Shown: positions 13,723-28,827, counted from the whole stretch's first letter. The stretch is 63,690 bases of DNA, filler included, from Intoshia linei (GCA_001642005.1; 4 parts of 4 records of this genome joined end to end with filler, not necessarily neighbours in it), one strand, 5' to 3'. Notes: generated by a model from the sequence alone, not told the origin. Program-made: numbers and translations.

Positions 13723-14449
13723 TTAATTTTTAAACATATTTGCTTTCTCTTTGAATCTTCGTCGACTTTCCGCTTTTTCTTCGGCAGCCTTTTTTTTCTC
13801 AAGTTGTTCTTCCTTTATTTCATCTTCCATAGCTTTTTTCTTGGATTGGTCGTTTATCTAAACTTTATACAATGTTAACTTTCGTCAACCTTTGACTCAA
13901 AAAACCCTTTAGCTCCTTTTACACCTTCTTCGTCCACGTCTATACTGGTTATTTGAGAGTAAATCGAATAAAGTGTGCTGTCTTTGTCTACTTCTCCCAT
14001 TCTTACCTTTTCGAAAATCATTAAAAACTAAATAGTGTACATTTTATTGAATCATTGCACACTTACTTCGTACAAGGACACGTGATTGTCCATATCTTCG
14101 TCGATTTTTTTCATAAGACCTGCAAGTACTATTATAAAATGTGTACATTACCTTTTATGTTTAGATGGGTTTGTGGCATTTCTAGTGATTCCATGAGTAA
14201 TTTAAGCTCGTGCATATTTAGTTTGTTGTCCTTGTCCATATCAACCCTATTTTTGTATTTTTTTTATTTTAAAATATACTTTTTAAATGACAATTGGTAC
14301 TTGTTTAACTCCTTTCTGGTAAAATGTGGAAATTTAGAATAAACATTGTCGAGCTTATCCGTGACTAACGGTGATTCGTAACCCTCTTCGTGTGCATCAA
14401 TCAATTCACACCTTTTGTTTAGTTTAGATGCAAGTTCATTTGAAGCCAT
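13723..14449 (-). CDS. EF-hand domain protein D (swiprosin-1/EFHD1/2 family)
   Basis: Spliced NVYSKFPHFTRKE...VDMDKDNKLNMHELKLLMESLEMPQTHLNIK...IDEDMDNHVSLYEFLMIF...IDVDEEGVKGAKGFFESK plus a C-terminal coiled coil ending RRRFKEKANMFKN*. Confidence 0.9.
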
Positions 14450-15776
14450 TACTTTACAAATTAATTACTATAGATTTTTATTTTAAACTGTAAAGTTACA
14501 TTAGATGTAGGTAAATTTTTGTTTATTTTAATGGGTACTAGTGTCATTGTATTTACCTTGAGATGTTACTTTTATGTATTTATACAATAAATCAATATTT
14601 GACATATTTTTTACAAATTAAGATAAAGGTTATGCAAAACAACACTTGATAATTTTAATGCTTCTATTATTGAATTGTTAAGTTATCTATAAGAGAAAAC
14701 AAAGTGGAACATGAAAATTATTATTAATAAATTTAAAAATTGATTTAAGGGTCCGTGGTATTCGCGTATCACAAATGGCCATGACGCAAAATCTTTGACG
14801 ACCCGCCTTAATTTAAATAAAGATGTTGTTTCTTGGCTACCTCTAGCAAATACGAAGTAACCAAATATTTATATAACTAATAATATTGGCAATTATGTAA
14901 TGGCGTGCTGAGAATTATTTACGTTTATATTAAAAAATCTACAAGCTATATTTTATTGATACAAATGTATTAACTTAAAATCTAGTAAGCCTCTGAAGGT
15001 TTTTCAATTTTAAGTAATGAGACATCAATTTAAAATTTTTTATAATGACCAGTAGTGGTTTAAAGTCTCATTGGGAACCTCTCATTAAAATGTCGTAGTC
15101 CCTTAATATTATAGAGTAGGGTGGGCACTAGTTTTCAGGTAAGCTGCCAAACCAAAATACAAAAAGAATTTTTCAGCTGTATTTATACTGTAGATAAATT
15201 CCAGAAATTTTAAGGGATTCGTGAAAAAGTTATTCCAGGAGGTTTAAAGGCTTATAATTAATATATTAAAAATTCGATAAAAATATTTTTAGATTTTACA
15301 TATTAAAAATAATGAGCTAGATATTGTAGTTTGTCATATCGAATTTAATATTGTTTAGATATGAATTTTGAAGGATCGTATTAACAAATTTTGATAACCA
15401 TTGTTATGACACTGGGTGAGATAAATGATCAATTCTGTGTATTCTTAATATTTTTAAAATCAATTTATTCCGACACTTGTTTGAAAAGTCCTGAAACATG
15501 ATTTGAAATTTGTTTCGTATTGATCCAATCGTCATGATGCAAATTTTATAGTTATTGTTCGGCGTGCTTCGGACCATGTTGCAGTTTTATTGGACTTTTT
15601 TTCGAGGCTAAAAATTATGCGTATTTTTAATTTTCCAAACTTTTCTACTATGTAATATTTCATTGTCATTGTACGGGAAAATCAAATTAAAAATAAAGAA
15701 ATAAAAGTGCCAACTTACATATTGTATGTTTTAATAATATGAACAGGTAATATTAAATATAAATAATAAAAGGTAA

Positions 15777-18700
15777 CTAAACACTGAGCTAAAAAATAAT
15801 TAATTTAAAATTATAGAAATTTACAGAAAAGTTGTTAACAGTCTTTATAGTTTTATCAGTAGAATCATTACGGTGTTCACATTTAATAGTCTTTATCAAC
15901 ACGTTTTTACATTCACCTAATTGAACAATACAATGGATAATTAAAAATTACCACTTTTAACTCCATATATAAATTATTATTCTATGCGGCGTTGCATATA
16001 TATGATTACAATCTCATTAAATATTTGCATTTTTAGTGGTGTTTTAAACTTTTTGATGGTGCTATAAATTTTTAGCTGTCAGAAAGTATTATAATAAAAA
16101 ATAATTCGTCAAATTTCCATTGTGTTATAAATATAACTGATAAACCTTATTGATTAAATGTTAAATAAAATGTATAGTAAAGTGGTAGATTTCTAGTGGG
16201 TAAATTAAATCAATAATTAATAAAATAATAAGTTGCATCGCTAATAAAAAGTCTTAAACAAAATATGCAAATTTCATTGCTTGTCCTAATAGTTCTAAAT
16301 TGGTACGTCATTTAATTATTTTAATAACATTTCGCCTTGTTTGTCTACATTTCAAACACTCGAATGAAACGATTTTAATTTAAAATATTTTATATGAATA
16401 CAAAACAAACCTCCCCAAAACTTTACACATGAATCATCAGATGAAGAACACAAAATTGTTCCCATCATATTCCAACTAATTCTGTTGTACTAGAATGCTA
16501 TAATATAAAAATATTTCAAAATTACTGTAACATCGTCATTATTTAGTTTTAAGACAGTAAATTCATTAATGCTCTCGTCATCTTCAACTCTAAATTAAAA
16601 AAAATAATATATATTTGGGCATGTAGGCGCCAATTAACATTGGTTTACTAACCGAGGAATTGCGCTACAACAGAATCAACAAAAAATTACGTTGAAATAC
16701 GTATAACGTACAAACTTTTTGAAGCAACAGCTAAATCTAAGTAACTAGATCCATAATTTGATGCAAATGCTATATCACTGACCAAAGTTTTAATTTCAGG
16801 TATTTCTTTTATTATTTGATATTTTCTAAAATAAAGGTGTCATTGTTTACCTTTAGGGTAGCACATTTCAACCCTTTTATAAGACCGTCAGACAATTCTC
16901 AAATTTACTTAAGTCATCATGTGGGGTATGCCCGTATCGGACTTTTACTGTTATTAATATTAAAGTACATTTAATGTATTTTAAAAATAATTTTTCATAA
17001 ATACAACAATGTAAGTTCAACTCATCGTTTAATATTTTCTTAATAATTTGTGTTAACAGGAAAAAGCTGAATTGCTGTCATTATTTTGAAATGTTAGGAC
17101 TTTATTTTTCCATTTTTTTTAAAAAAAAATCATTTATGATTTTGGACTTAAAAACATAGGTTTTTAAGATATAAATTTATGATATGATTTTCAAATCTAT
17201 CATTTAAATTTAATTCCAAACTAAGTGCATTTCTCGATTATGTAAAAAACGCGTAGCGTGACACTGGATACACTGATATTAGAAACACTGGATTTTCCCT
17301 TACAATGCTAATCAATTGTTAGTGCTAATAAAATTGAATTTTTCTCCATAATAATATTAAATTAAATCCTGAAATATTACATTAATTTTACGGTGTACCC
17401 TGGAGTCCACATGAACCCTTTGACAAGCACTAGAGTAGATGATAAATATTTACTTTGTACTTTCTTTTAGTTGATAAATATATACACCACCAGTAGGATT
17501 AAAGTGATTATTGCTTACAGTTGTACCGACTGCAATTAGAGGTGTGTGCATTCTGTAAAAAAATAATAAAATAATTGATAAATAATTAATTTAGGTCAGT
17601 GGTTCCAACTGATACAACTTTACGACCCACATTTCATAAAAAAATAGCGTGCCCCACAAGTAAACTTAATTAATTTTATTGTACAAAAATTGATTAACAA
17701 TAAATTTAAATAAAACACTTCATATCCCTTCTAAAATTATACACTAAACATAATCATAATCAGTAGTCAATTTCAAATGTCTAACAGTTATTTTTAATTT
17801 TTTTTGGAATCATTTATTTTAAAGCTTTTCGTCAAAAAAGTATAATAATTTTAAAATTAAGTCAATTTTTCGTAGAAAACAGTTTGGCGTAGATACCTGT
17901 ACGTATAAGAGAATTTAAGGTACTAATAATTATATTATAGAGTGGAAATATAGTTTCATTTATTCCATTTAAAAGGTTTTTCTAAAATTATTAGCAACTC
18001 TTAGGAGTCTGCACCTTTTGATAGCCACTACATCAGGTTGTTTCAAAAATCTTTTCAAATCTAAATAATATTCTTATTCCTTTGATGTATTTATCTGAAA
18101 TTTCAGAAGAAGTAATTTTACAATAGTGTTAAATATGACGAATTTAATAAATGTTAAATACGGAGATACAAATTATTTATGGTATTTTTCAAATTTAGAA
18201 ACTTAAGTGACAGTAAGAAAATTTCATAAAGGCTTGATAAGTATGGGTTTCCAAATTGAGTAAAAAAATGAATTATAAACAGTCTGAAACCAGTACCTTG
18301 AATAAAAAATAATATACTGTGAAGCAGACCAAGATATACATGTGCAAGAATTATCACATTTAACTTCATATTTTAATAACCATGAAGTGAGATCGACGGG
18401 ATTTACACATTCATACATTCTAAAAATGCCATCAATTGCACAAGCAACCTAAAACATTAATAAATAAAATTGGTCAAATTAGTTCCACTAAATAACATTT
18501 ATCGGTCTAGTTTTTGACTTTAAAAATAAAATTGTGTATAAATGTAAAAATTAGCAGTAAACGAAAAAGATGACATTGTTGACAAATATAAGTATGCAAG
18601 TTTTTGAAATTTCCTGGACTAGACTTACCCTTTACCCACTAAATCATAATTTTTAATTTTTAACTTTTTGAAAAATATCTTAAACGTTAACCGAAAATAT

Positions 18701-19726
18701 GAATATATCATTTACCAGCTTACACCCTTCTCGTTTATGAGCAAAATCAATCCCAACCACTGGAGAACGACTGTCTACGATATCTGTGCGTTTGATCCAT
18801 TGAGTGCGAGTATTATTTAGCTCGTAATTTAAAGGTTCGTCTACTCCTGCTAAAAATTTATTATAAAAAAATTAAAAAAAACATACAAATTTCTTCATAA
18901 ATCCGTACTGTACAATCGTAACTACAAGTTGCAATAACTTGACCAAAATATGGATCTGCCCATTTCACTCTCCAAACAGGTCCGGAGTGACTCTTGAAAT
19001 TTAATCAGGTTTTTTAATTATATTTTTTTACATTAATTACTGTATTAATATTAATAAAAACATTGTTAACCTACACTCTAGAACCAATGTTTTTAAAATT
19101 TTTTACGGAAATGTTAACAAAGAAAAAATTAAGATATTATAATTCACTTTAAAGTGAAAAGTAATGTGATATGATGGTTCCCCCTGAAACAATTTGGGAA
19201 CCACTCTTTTAAAGGATTGATAAGAGGATTTTTAAGTTAGTTTTCAACGTGAATTTTTTTTAAGTATAATAAAAATGTGCCCTCGGCAGCGCTAGGTGCT
19301 GTTTGTGCGTATTACATAACAGTCAACCTAATAAATTATAAAATGGTATTATTGAAGTTTCAAAGTAAATTATAGATTCTACATAAATATCATCAATTTG
19401 CAGCACCAAGTTGGGATTTCCAATCCTGAATTATCGCATAATAAAATTAATATTATAAAAATTTGCAAGTACAAAATAATATTTGCTAAAAATTACATTT
19501 GTATAAGTTACTTGCCATTTACCGTCCACAACGTCCCAAATCTAAGATTAATATTTTAAATATTAAATTATTAAAATTAAATCTAATTTTAAAAAATGTA
19601 AATATATTTTACGTTGATTGTGTGATCTGTAGAACACGTTGCCATTCTTTTACCATAATAATCATAGCTTACATAGTTTATTATGTCCTTGTGCTTGCTG
19701 ATTAGTTCTACTTCTTTAAGATTCAT
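15777..19726 (-). CDS. SEH1L: Nucleoporin / GATOR2 subunit SEH1 (WD40), about 12 exons; 3' end tentative
   Basis: Spliced [100 protein letters not shown] all match Seh1 motifs. Confidence 0.92.
19090..19330 (+). mobile_element. Helitron-like family, 3' fragment (inside a SEH1 intron)
   Basis: Near-identical to 1830-2070, including the GTGCCCTCGGCAG.GCTAGGTGCTGTTTG 3' motif. Confidence 0.7.
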
Positions 19727-21358
19727 CTTGAAATTTAAACTTTATTATACTTTCATGTACTTTTCCAATTTAAAAAGTTTAGAATAACCTTTAGTAAAAA
19801 TACAGCAAAACTCTTTTTAACCTGCCTTTCTTTTAACAACATAGCTACCTCGAACCGTTGTTAACGCCTATTCGAAAATCACCCTCTAAAAATTGACATC
19901 TAAAACGGTCCTTTATAAAAATCGTATGAATTAATCTAAATTCTCAACGCAAACATACAGTTAGCCATGTATTGTTGTAGCGATACATCTTAGAGCGACA
20001 TAATCATCTATTTTACTAATTTATCATATTATTGAATTTTATCAGAAAATTTCGTAAGTTTCTTATGGGAAAATTTTTTTCTCCATTTGTAAATTATTTT
20101 TATTTTAGGGTGACCAATACCTTGCTAGGTTCGACTCTGTGAACTATTATAGAACTAAATTAAATCGTTACATATATTGAATTTTACGCACGTAAAAATT
20201 ATTCAGTTTATTCACTAAAACTTAAATTCATTTTGATCAAATCATGTATACGTTCACTGATAATAATAATGAATGAATAATAATGAAAAATATTCTAATT
20301 TAATTTTATTATTAAAAAACTATTATCTTTATTTTATTTAAAATTTTTATTTGGACCACCTAGAATTTCCTGTAAACCACTTTCGGAACCAATGCTCTAG
20401 TATTAATTATATAATATAAATATATATTATATTATTATATATTTAATTATATATTATACATATAATTATAATTGTTTTTCAATGTTAAAACTTTATAAAA
20501 AAAAATAATAAAACCTTGATGTTAAAAAAATTTATGTATATAAAATAATTTTATATGATATATTAAAATAAAGTAAAATCTTTACAAAATCCATCATTTA
20601 CAAATAAAACTCTACAAATTACCACATAATTCAAATTTTGGATTGGTTTATAAGAAATTTTTTTTACCCAATTTTTAAAGACTTTGTAAAAATTTGGTAC
20701 ACTTTTTAAGGGAACATATTATTTTTGAATATTTTGAAGATAATTTTTGAATTTAAATTTTGTAAAGTTATTAAGGGCATATTCTAAAATTTTTAAAATT
20801 GGGTGAAAAAAACATTATTTAATGCAAACGAAAAATTGTATTTACTGTAAATTTTTTTAAAATTCTAGGACTATTTTTATTTTTATAAAAAAATAATAAT
20901 CTGTGGGTTTCATTGTGAAAATTTACTTTTTGAGGTTACCATTTATGATAATGCTTATGATTTTAAAACTTATCCCAGAATGTATGTTTTATAAAATTTT
21001 AGGACGTGTTTCATTTTTAAAACAAAGGGTAATTTGTGGTTCTGAACGTGAAGCTATGCGTTATTGATTCTGAGATTTACGACAATGTTAATGATTTGAA
21101 AACGCATTTTAGAAATTATGTTTTTTTTAATTTTTAGACTGATTTTATTTTTAAACAAAATGGCAACTTGGGTTTTTGACCTCGAAGAACTTAAATTCGG
21201 AAACTGAAAAATAGACATACACCTTGACAAAACTTTAGAGTACATGTATTATATTGAAATATAAGAAAAACTAAAAGGAATTATAATCTAATTTTTTTCA
21301 ATGTTAAAACAATATGGTATATCAGTTATTGCCCCGAATTTTAAATTGTGTAATTATG

Positions 21359-21458
21359 NNNNNNNNNNNNNNNNNNNNNNNNNNNNNNNNNNNNNNNNNN
21401 NNTTAATTAATTAANNNNNNNNNNNNNNNNNNNNNNNNNNNNNNNNNNNNNNNNNNNN
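21359..21458. other. Scaffold gap with artificial TTAATTAATTAA linker
   Basis: N-run with a central TTAATTAATTAA (stops in all six frames); identical structure at about 53303-53402 and 61390-61489. Confidence 0.95.
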
Positions 21459-21617
21459 TGTATAGTATACATGTATGTAAGTAAAGGATAATATGGGTAA
21501 CATTAATTCAGTGTTTCGTAACAATGATAGAATCTGGTTATGATAAAGGGATCGTAGTCAAAAAAAATTAAGGTGATACAATTGTATAATTAATTTTTAC
21601 TGACAGTCACATTAGAA

Positions 21618-24600
21618 ATGGGAAAGGTCGTATCCTACACGGCTTTAGTATATGATTTGATAATTTTGACATGATAAGCTAAACGTATATTTTAGATTGC
21701 ACATGTGCGAAATTATGATGCGGATAAAATTTTAAACATTTTAAAACCATTATTAATCACTTTTGCAATTGTTATATTTAGTACTAAATGTTTCAATTTT
21801 GTAAGGAGCGGTAGAAATAAAATGTAAATACATGTATATACATAATAATGTTTATTATTATTACAGGGTTTATATCCCTTTTCAAGAGGACTCTTCAAGT
21901 GGGATTGTATGGAAGGCAATTGTTAATGTTTTAATAATAATTGCCATTGTGGTAGTAATGACTTTTATTTTTATTTTACTCTACAAGTACAGATTTTATA
22001 AGGTAATATATACTATTTATCAGAATGTCGTTTTTGATTCTTTTTGCATAATAATTAAATGTTTAATTTTGCGCATTAGATAAAATTTTCCAACCTTACC
22101 CTCTTTGATCAAAATATTTGTATATTTATAATTAATTTAAGCTGAAGACAATGATGTGAAAAAAAATTTTTTTGGTCAATTATATCAACACTTTTAGCTG
22201 AATATTTCAGCTTTATTTCCAGGCAACTCTGTACGTGCGTGCGTGAGACTAACAATGTAAATTCACCGTACAATGTACTAAATTTCACCGGAAATTGAAA
22301 ACACGCCTACATTTTTTGCTGAGCTATAAAATATGTCAATATAATGACTTTTATAAACATTGTGAACCGCGTGATTCAAAATTTTGTGGAATTTGGACCG
22401 CGAGTTGATTAAGCTGGTCACCACTGGTCTGTGATTTATGACATAGACTGTTTTGTATTATATTACTTACTTATATTAATGAGTATGTATTAAAAACCTT
22501 ATAAAAATATAAACGAGCATTAATTGGCAAAAGGTGTGTTTTCGTGTTAAAAATACACACATGAGGTAGTTTGTAACACTTAAAAAATTATACATCTTAA
22601 AAAAAATCGTTAAAGAATTAGATTAATTGAGAAAACACTTGCGTATCATTGAAAACCTTGCTGAAAATTTTCACTCATATAGGTAAAAAATTTAGCTTTT
22701 GTTTCAATTATAGGGCTGAGTAACAATTTTTAGTAGAACATGCACCAAAAAATAATTTTTGAATTTCAAAATTAATACAACATTTGATTTGGTTGCCATC
22801 ACTGGTCTATGTTGTCTGGTGAGTTTAAAATGTAAGTACGGATGACAAACGGGAGAGTAAATATGATCTGATTTAAAATCAAAATAGGAAACCAAAGCAA
22901 AATGATTTTTCCAATAATATAAGTGGACAATATACTACTCATATTAGAGCTCTGCTACCGACACAGGTAACCCCGTGCTCCTTGTCATTTCCTATCTGCA
23001 AACGGGTTATGAAATGATAAAATGTTTTTTGAATATGGGCGGGCCGAGTTAAAAATTGAAAAATTATCAATTAACCTATAAAAATTTACATAGATATGAT
23101 GATTTTGCATCTGTCTCAGTGCTTCTCACATGGTGCGCTGCGACGCATTAGTGGACCTGCAGCTGAATCTGATTTTTTTAAAATTTTAACTATTTATTAT
23201 ATGAAATGAAAAAGCACTAAAACAGTAACTTTAAAATATATTTTTCTGTAATTATAATTATCCTCTAAATTTTATTTCAAAATTTCAATTATAAATTATT
23301 GCGTTTGAGGGAACCCTTATTAAAAAAGTTTGCGAAGCACTGATTTTCCGAAATGTTTAATATATTGCTAATTGGAAAAAATTTAGTAATTTGGTTTATT
23401 AATTAAAGTTTACTGTGAGTACTAGAGTTCTGCAACGTGGTTCAAGGACGATCCGAAACATGAATGTTAAAATTTTATCAATAAGAATTATTCTTTCCAA
23501 AATTTAATCCGAGTACAAACATGAACTTTGTATCTTCTTAATTATGCCTTAGAATCTAAGGCTTAGATAATGTGGGAGATTGAGTCAATACTGTTTGATT
23601 AGAAAAATTTTTTAAATGGGAGAGCTAAGAGTTTGTGAACTAAAAATACAACACAAGCGGGTAGGAACTGAAGAATAATGGCACGTGCAGGGCTCAAATT
23701 CACATGATTGTATTTTTATTTATTATAGGTTATCAATGCATGGTTAATTTTGTCTACAGTACCAGTTCTTTTTTTGTTTTCAATGTTATATATTGAGTAA
23801 TTTTATAATTTAAAATAATGATATAAAAGTATCAATTAGAAACGTTTTTTCGTATTTAAACTTGCGGCTAGACTGGTTTACGTTATCTTTTATAGTTTGG
23901 AATTTTGGTGTCGTTGGAACCATCGCAGTTCATTGGTTATCTCCAATTAAAGTTCGTCAATCCTATTTAATATTGATTAGTGCTTTAATTGCCATGTTGC
24001 TCATTCAAAATTTTCCTCGTTGGACTACATGGGTTTTGCTTGGCGGTTTGGCTATATATGGTTTTTTATTGTTGACTTTACACTATTTGAAAAACAAATT
24101 AATTTAATTTTTAATAATAGATTTATTTGCTGTTTTATTGCCGAGTGGGCCTTTAAATATGCTTGTAAAAATCGCGCAAGAAAGAAATGAACCTATATTT
24201 GCATCACTCATTTATACTGGTTTATTTAAAAAATTTTTTAAACTGCATTTATTTATAATTATTTTGAACTAGCTGGAGTAGCTTTTTTGGCAAATGGAAC
24301 AAAAATAGAAGGTTTTTAAATTGAAATTAATTTAAGATTTCTATGACTATACCTCCGTTGATAGGTTTACACTGTTTTGTGGACTATGTTGTGTTTTTTA
24401 ATTCAATTATAGCCCATTTATTTTCATTTTTAATAACATTTTAATTCCTTTAATTAACCCCAAAAACTATCGATCTATATATACATTAGGGTGTCACATT
24501 TTTTCGAAAATTTTAGAATTCGATGGGCAATTAGCACTAAAAGTGTGTATTTTTAAAATAGAAAAACTAATTCGCAATCAAAAACATGTAACGCTATCTA

Positions 24601-27600
24601 TTCAAGTTTCGTTTGTCATTTTAAATATCTCATTAAAAATATTATGGAGAAATTAAAACGGAACTTTATTTTAACGGAAATTAACGTTTGAGCTTTTAAA
24701 CGTGGTACCGACTTTATAATATTGTTCTCGATGTTTAGTTATACTGTTTATTTTTTAAATTTGTTTTTAGCTCAATTTTTTTGGTTTTATTAACGATTTA
24801 ATTTCTCGAATTCTGGCTATTTACATTATTTAAATTGTATTCAAAGCATCCAAAAAAATAACTAATAATAATTAAATAATAGGAAACATAAACGTTAATA
24901 AACTTAATACGATTATATAGATAAAGTTGACAATGCTGATGTACTTACTGATGATGAGAATGGTAGTGAAATTCAATCGAATGTATCGAAACATTCAATT
25001 AATTGTCAAGATGTTGAAACGTCTAGTAATATTAAAAGCGGGGGAAATCGCATATCCAATGGATATAGTGATAGTTTCGTGCAAGATGATCGTACTAATA
25101 TATTAGTAGCTACGTCGGAACATGTTACCAATGATTCTGTAATACAAAATTCACATAATGATTCCGCTGTAAAAAATAAACCCAGAAGAAGAAATAATGC
25201 TATTAAGAAAAATAATTATGGACCTCGACCTGTTAGATTATATGACGATGAAGAAGTTGATGCTCCTCTAGGTATGTTAATCATTCTTATTTATGTAAAG
25301 CAACCATTCTCAACGGGTCCATATCAGTTTTTTGGGTCCATGAAAAATTTAAAAAAATAAAATAAAGAGAAAAATGATATCTCCGCAATTATAGTAATTA
25401 TTTCTAATTAACGCCATATAATTTATTATCTATTTTCCATTAAGACTAAATTTAAGTGATTCCCCAAATTCCCCTTACTTTTTTTTGAAAACAGCTCTAG
25501 AATTTCAAAAAATTTACAGGTGGTACAGTTGTATCCTGTAGTACAGTTGTATCCTGTTAACACACATAAAAAATTTCAATCCGAATAAGTGACGACCTTT
25601 ACATTTATTTATTGAAATTTTTGAGTACTCACATCTGAGTACTTTGCAGCTTAAGGATTTATATACTATCAACAGGGGCACCAGTTGTACTGATATCAGT
25701 GATATCAGCAGAAATATGCTTATCGTAGCCAGCTGGTCGCAAAAATTAAAAATACTATTATAAATTGAAAAACTAGTAATTTTATATCATTTATAGACAT
25801 GTTATGTATATATAGACAAAATATTACTTGTAAATAAAGTTTACAAATAAAAATGAATCAGGCGAATAATAGAGGTTTGATTGGATATGAAATGGAAATG
25901 TTAGATTTTTTAAATTACAATTTGTCCGTAGAGAGTTAATAATGTAAATTAAAGATTAGCTCAAGGTAATTTTAGAAATTCATAGTTTACCGTGTATTGT
26001 AATGGTTTATTCGAGTATGAATGATCAATATCAGTATAGATGAGTAAAAAATATTAATTTTGTGTCAATAATTAACGGAATCAGCACTTTAAAAACATAT
26101 TTCGGATGAATTTTACCAACATTGCAAATCATAGTAATAAATATAATATGATTTTTTTTAGTTTACAATGTTAATAAAATAATTAGTCTCGAAATGAATA
26201 ATGAATCAAAAAAATGAATACTAAAGTGCTTTTTTGACCGTGAAGGCGTCAGATTGACATTTTGTTTGTGTGTGTCAACAGGGTACAACTGTAAAATTTG
26301 TTTTTTTTTAATTCTTGGGCTGTTTTCATTTAAAAAAAGGTAATCTGTGGTTTTGATCATGAAAATGATATTTTTTGAGGTTGCCAATTATGATAATGCG
26401 TATGATTTTAAAAACTATTTCAGAATTTATGTTTTATAAAATTTGAGTACATGTTTCATTTTTTAAACAAATGGTAATTTATAGTTTTGATCATGAAGGG
26501 ATGTAATTTTTGCGTATCTAATCTAATTTTTGTGCGTTTCTGATGCTAAGATTTACGACAATATTAATGCTTTTAAAATGCGTCCCAGAATGTATGTTTT
26601 ATTAAATTTTTGTGTTAATTTTTTTTATAACAAAAGGGAACATTGGGTTTTTACCCTGCAGGACTCAAATTCTGAAACTGAAAAAATTGGTAAAAACACG
26701 TCCCGTCAAAAACTGCATTAGAAATTGGGTTTTTTTAAATAAACTGTAACACAAAGACATTCAATTTTACATAAATTATAGTGGCCTCAAAAAATATGTA
26801 AAATATTGTACTATTAATTTCTGTTTATTTGGTGATAAATGTAAAGCCAAAACTACTTATCGATGATGACGAATAAAAATTTTTGGCTTAAAATTTATTC
26901 CAAATAAACTAAAAGTGATAGTATGTATTTTTCTGGTCACTTTATAAGTGAAGGATTAAATTAAATTTTAATCGGAGTATTATTTATTTAAAATTATCGT
27001 GTGAAACAATATATAGCTCAAAAATATGTTGACGTTTATTAAAAATATTTATATTGCTAATGGCCACCTGGATAATGTTGAAAATATCCTATACCACGCT
27101 GAAGAGAGCACTTAAAAACCCCTAAAAAATATATTTTTAGAAAAATTTACCGTAAAAACATTAAGTGTTTTCCTTTTTAAGGTTTTCGCGCGCATTTCCC
27201 CCTTGTTCTTAAATGGCGCCAATGATTTTATTTTAAACATGGATACGATTAATGTACGAACCACTAAGACATACCAAATTTAGAGTGAAAAAATGGAATA
27301 TTTAACTTTACAGGGCGTTTTTACCATAAAAGGGGTTTTTTAACTGTAAAAAATAATCTAAAATGTAGATTATAAATTTATAATATATGTAACCAAATGA
27401 ATTATAGTATTATGCTAGTTACCGACTATATGTTTAAAAATAAACATCACCTATTATATAGTATTTTAAAGTTATTAATTGAATTCCGCTTAATGTTTTT
27501 TGAGAATTGAGAATTTTTAATAATGCATATTATTTTTCACATATTAAAGCATACTCTCTGCTCATGTGCTAATTTTTTTTTTTTGATTAGCCCTAATATA

Positions 27601-28138
27601 GTGTTACTTGTTTGAAAAAATTCGTGTGCTTCAAAACTTTAAAACAGTAAAACGTGCTTTTAAGACTTTTTAATTTGATTATTGAATATTACGTTTGCGT
27701 AAATTTATTTAGTAGTTTCGATCATGGAATGAATGGCATTCTATATATCTATAACTTTAAATATTAAATATACTGTGCCGATATTTGTTTGATAAATATG
27801 TAATAGATTAATTATTCATATTTTTTAGATACAATCAAATTGGGTCTCGGTGATTTCATATTCTATAGTGTTTTAATTGGATTGGCTTCAATTGAATCAA
27901 GTATAAACACTACGATTGTTTGTTGTATTGCAGTCTTGATGGTTTTTATTTATTCATTTTTATATTTACATTCCGTTTAATTTAGGGACTTATATCTACT
28001 GTAGTTATTTTAAACATTAAACAGAGGGCACTACCAGCACTTCCTATATCGATATTTCTCGGATTAGCTCTCTATTTCTCATCTGTTTTTATGGAACCAC
28101 TGGGGTGTTTTATGGCGGCCAATATGATTATGATTTAA
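21618..28138 (+). CDS. PSEN: Presenilin (gamma-secretase catalytic subunit); start tentative
   Basis: [27 protein letters not shown], catalytic YD (the Asp codon is split by an intron at about 24061-24120), [31 protein letters not shown] (GxGD), ALPALP; stop at 28136-28138. Confidence 0.95.
24487..24815 (+). repeat. Interspersed repeat (TE end beginning TTAGGGTGTCACA), with an inverted copy at about 53585-53915
   Basis: About 330 bp reverse-complement match between the two loci. Confidence 0.7.
26180..26760 (-). mobile_element. Diverged Helitron-like family copy (related copies at about 20860-21250, 41480-41690, 43200-43810, 44240-44550)
   Basis: Reverse complement carries the GTTGTACCCTGTTGACACACAC core and shared blocks such as GAGATTTACGACAATGTTAATGATTTTAAAACGCGTC. 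Confidence 0.6.
27085..27345. repeat. Interspersed repeat with an inverted copy at about 55470-55745
   Basis: CCTATACCACGCTGAAGAG...GGCGCCAATGATTTTATTTTAAACATGGATACGATTAATGTAC matches 55500-55745 in reverse complement. Confidence 0.7.
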
Positions 28139-28827
28139 AAATACGAATTGAATGTTGCTCAAGTAGATTTAATAAATTTTTACACTGATTTAATTTCCTG
28201 CAAGTATCGATAAGTATAATTATGTTTCAAATAATGTTATTTATTGCATTAGTGATGAATTTATATTGCTAAATATCTACATTACTTGAGGGCTACCTGA
28301 ATATATATAGCGAGAATGAGGGACACTTACCATTATGGAGTTCGGCTTCTTGGTAAAGTAAACATTTTAATTCCATTTTTCTTATTTTTAGTTAAATTTT
28401 AGCAAGTTTAATTCTGAATGGATTAGTAGATATGGAAAGCTTTATATAGCAGTGATACAACACTATGTTGGGAATGGCGAGTCGCTATCAAAGTCAAGAC
28501 TTAAATTAAAATTATATATACAGTACACGACATAAGTCTTAGGCACTCAAGATATTCTCATTAAAAGCTAATATAACGTTGACAAGGCGAAACTTGAAAT
28601 TAAATATCAGAATAAGTAAAGTATATAAGGGTAAAGAGTGGCCCGCGAGTAAAATTAAAAATTTCGAATAATTTAAATTTATTTAATGCAACAAGTAGCA
28701 TTAAACCAAATCTTATACATTTAATCATTAAATCAAAATAAAGTTAAATTACACAAAAATTTTTAATCTCAAAAAATGATTCCTTTGCGGCAGGGCCTTG
28801 GATATCCAGCAGTAATTCCTTATAAAA

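Noticed and set aside
14745-14812. GC-richer patch flanked by TTAA upstream of EFHD (tiny Kolobok-like element or small exon)
   Set aside because: Single copy in the window, poor inverted repeats, and no recognisable peptide.
21403-21414. TTAATTAATTAA palindrome inside N-runs (three times)
   Set aside because: Identical and centred in 100-nt gaps: an assembly linker with six-frame stops, not biology.
28250-28302. GTGATGA...CTGA box C/D-like motif pair downstream of presenilin
   Set aside because: Only about 50 nt, weak terminal stem, and no recognisable rRNA guide.
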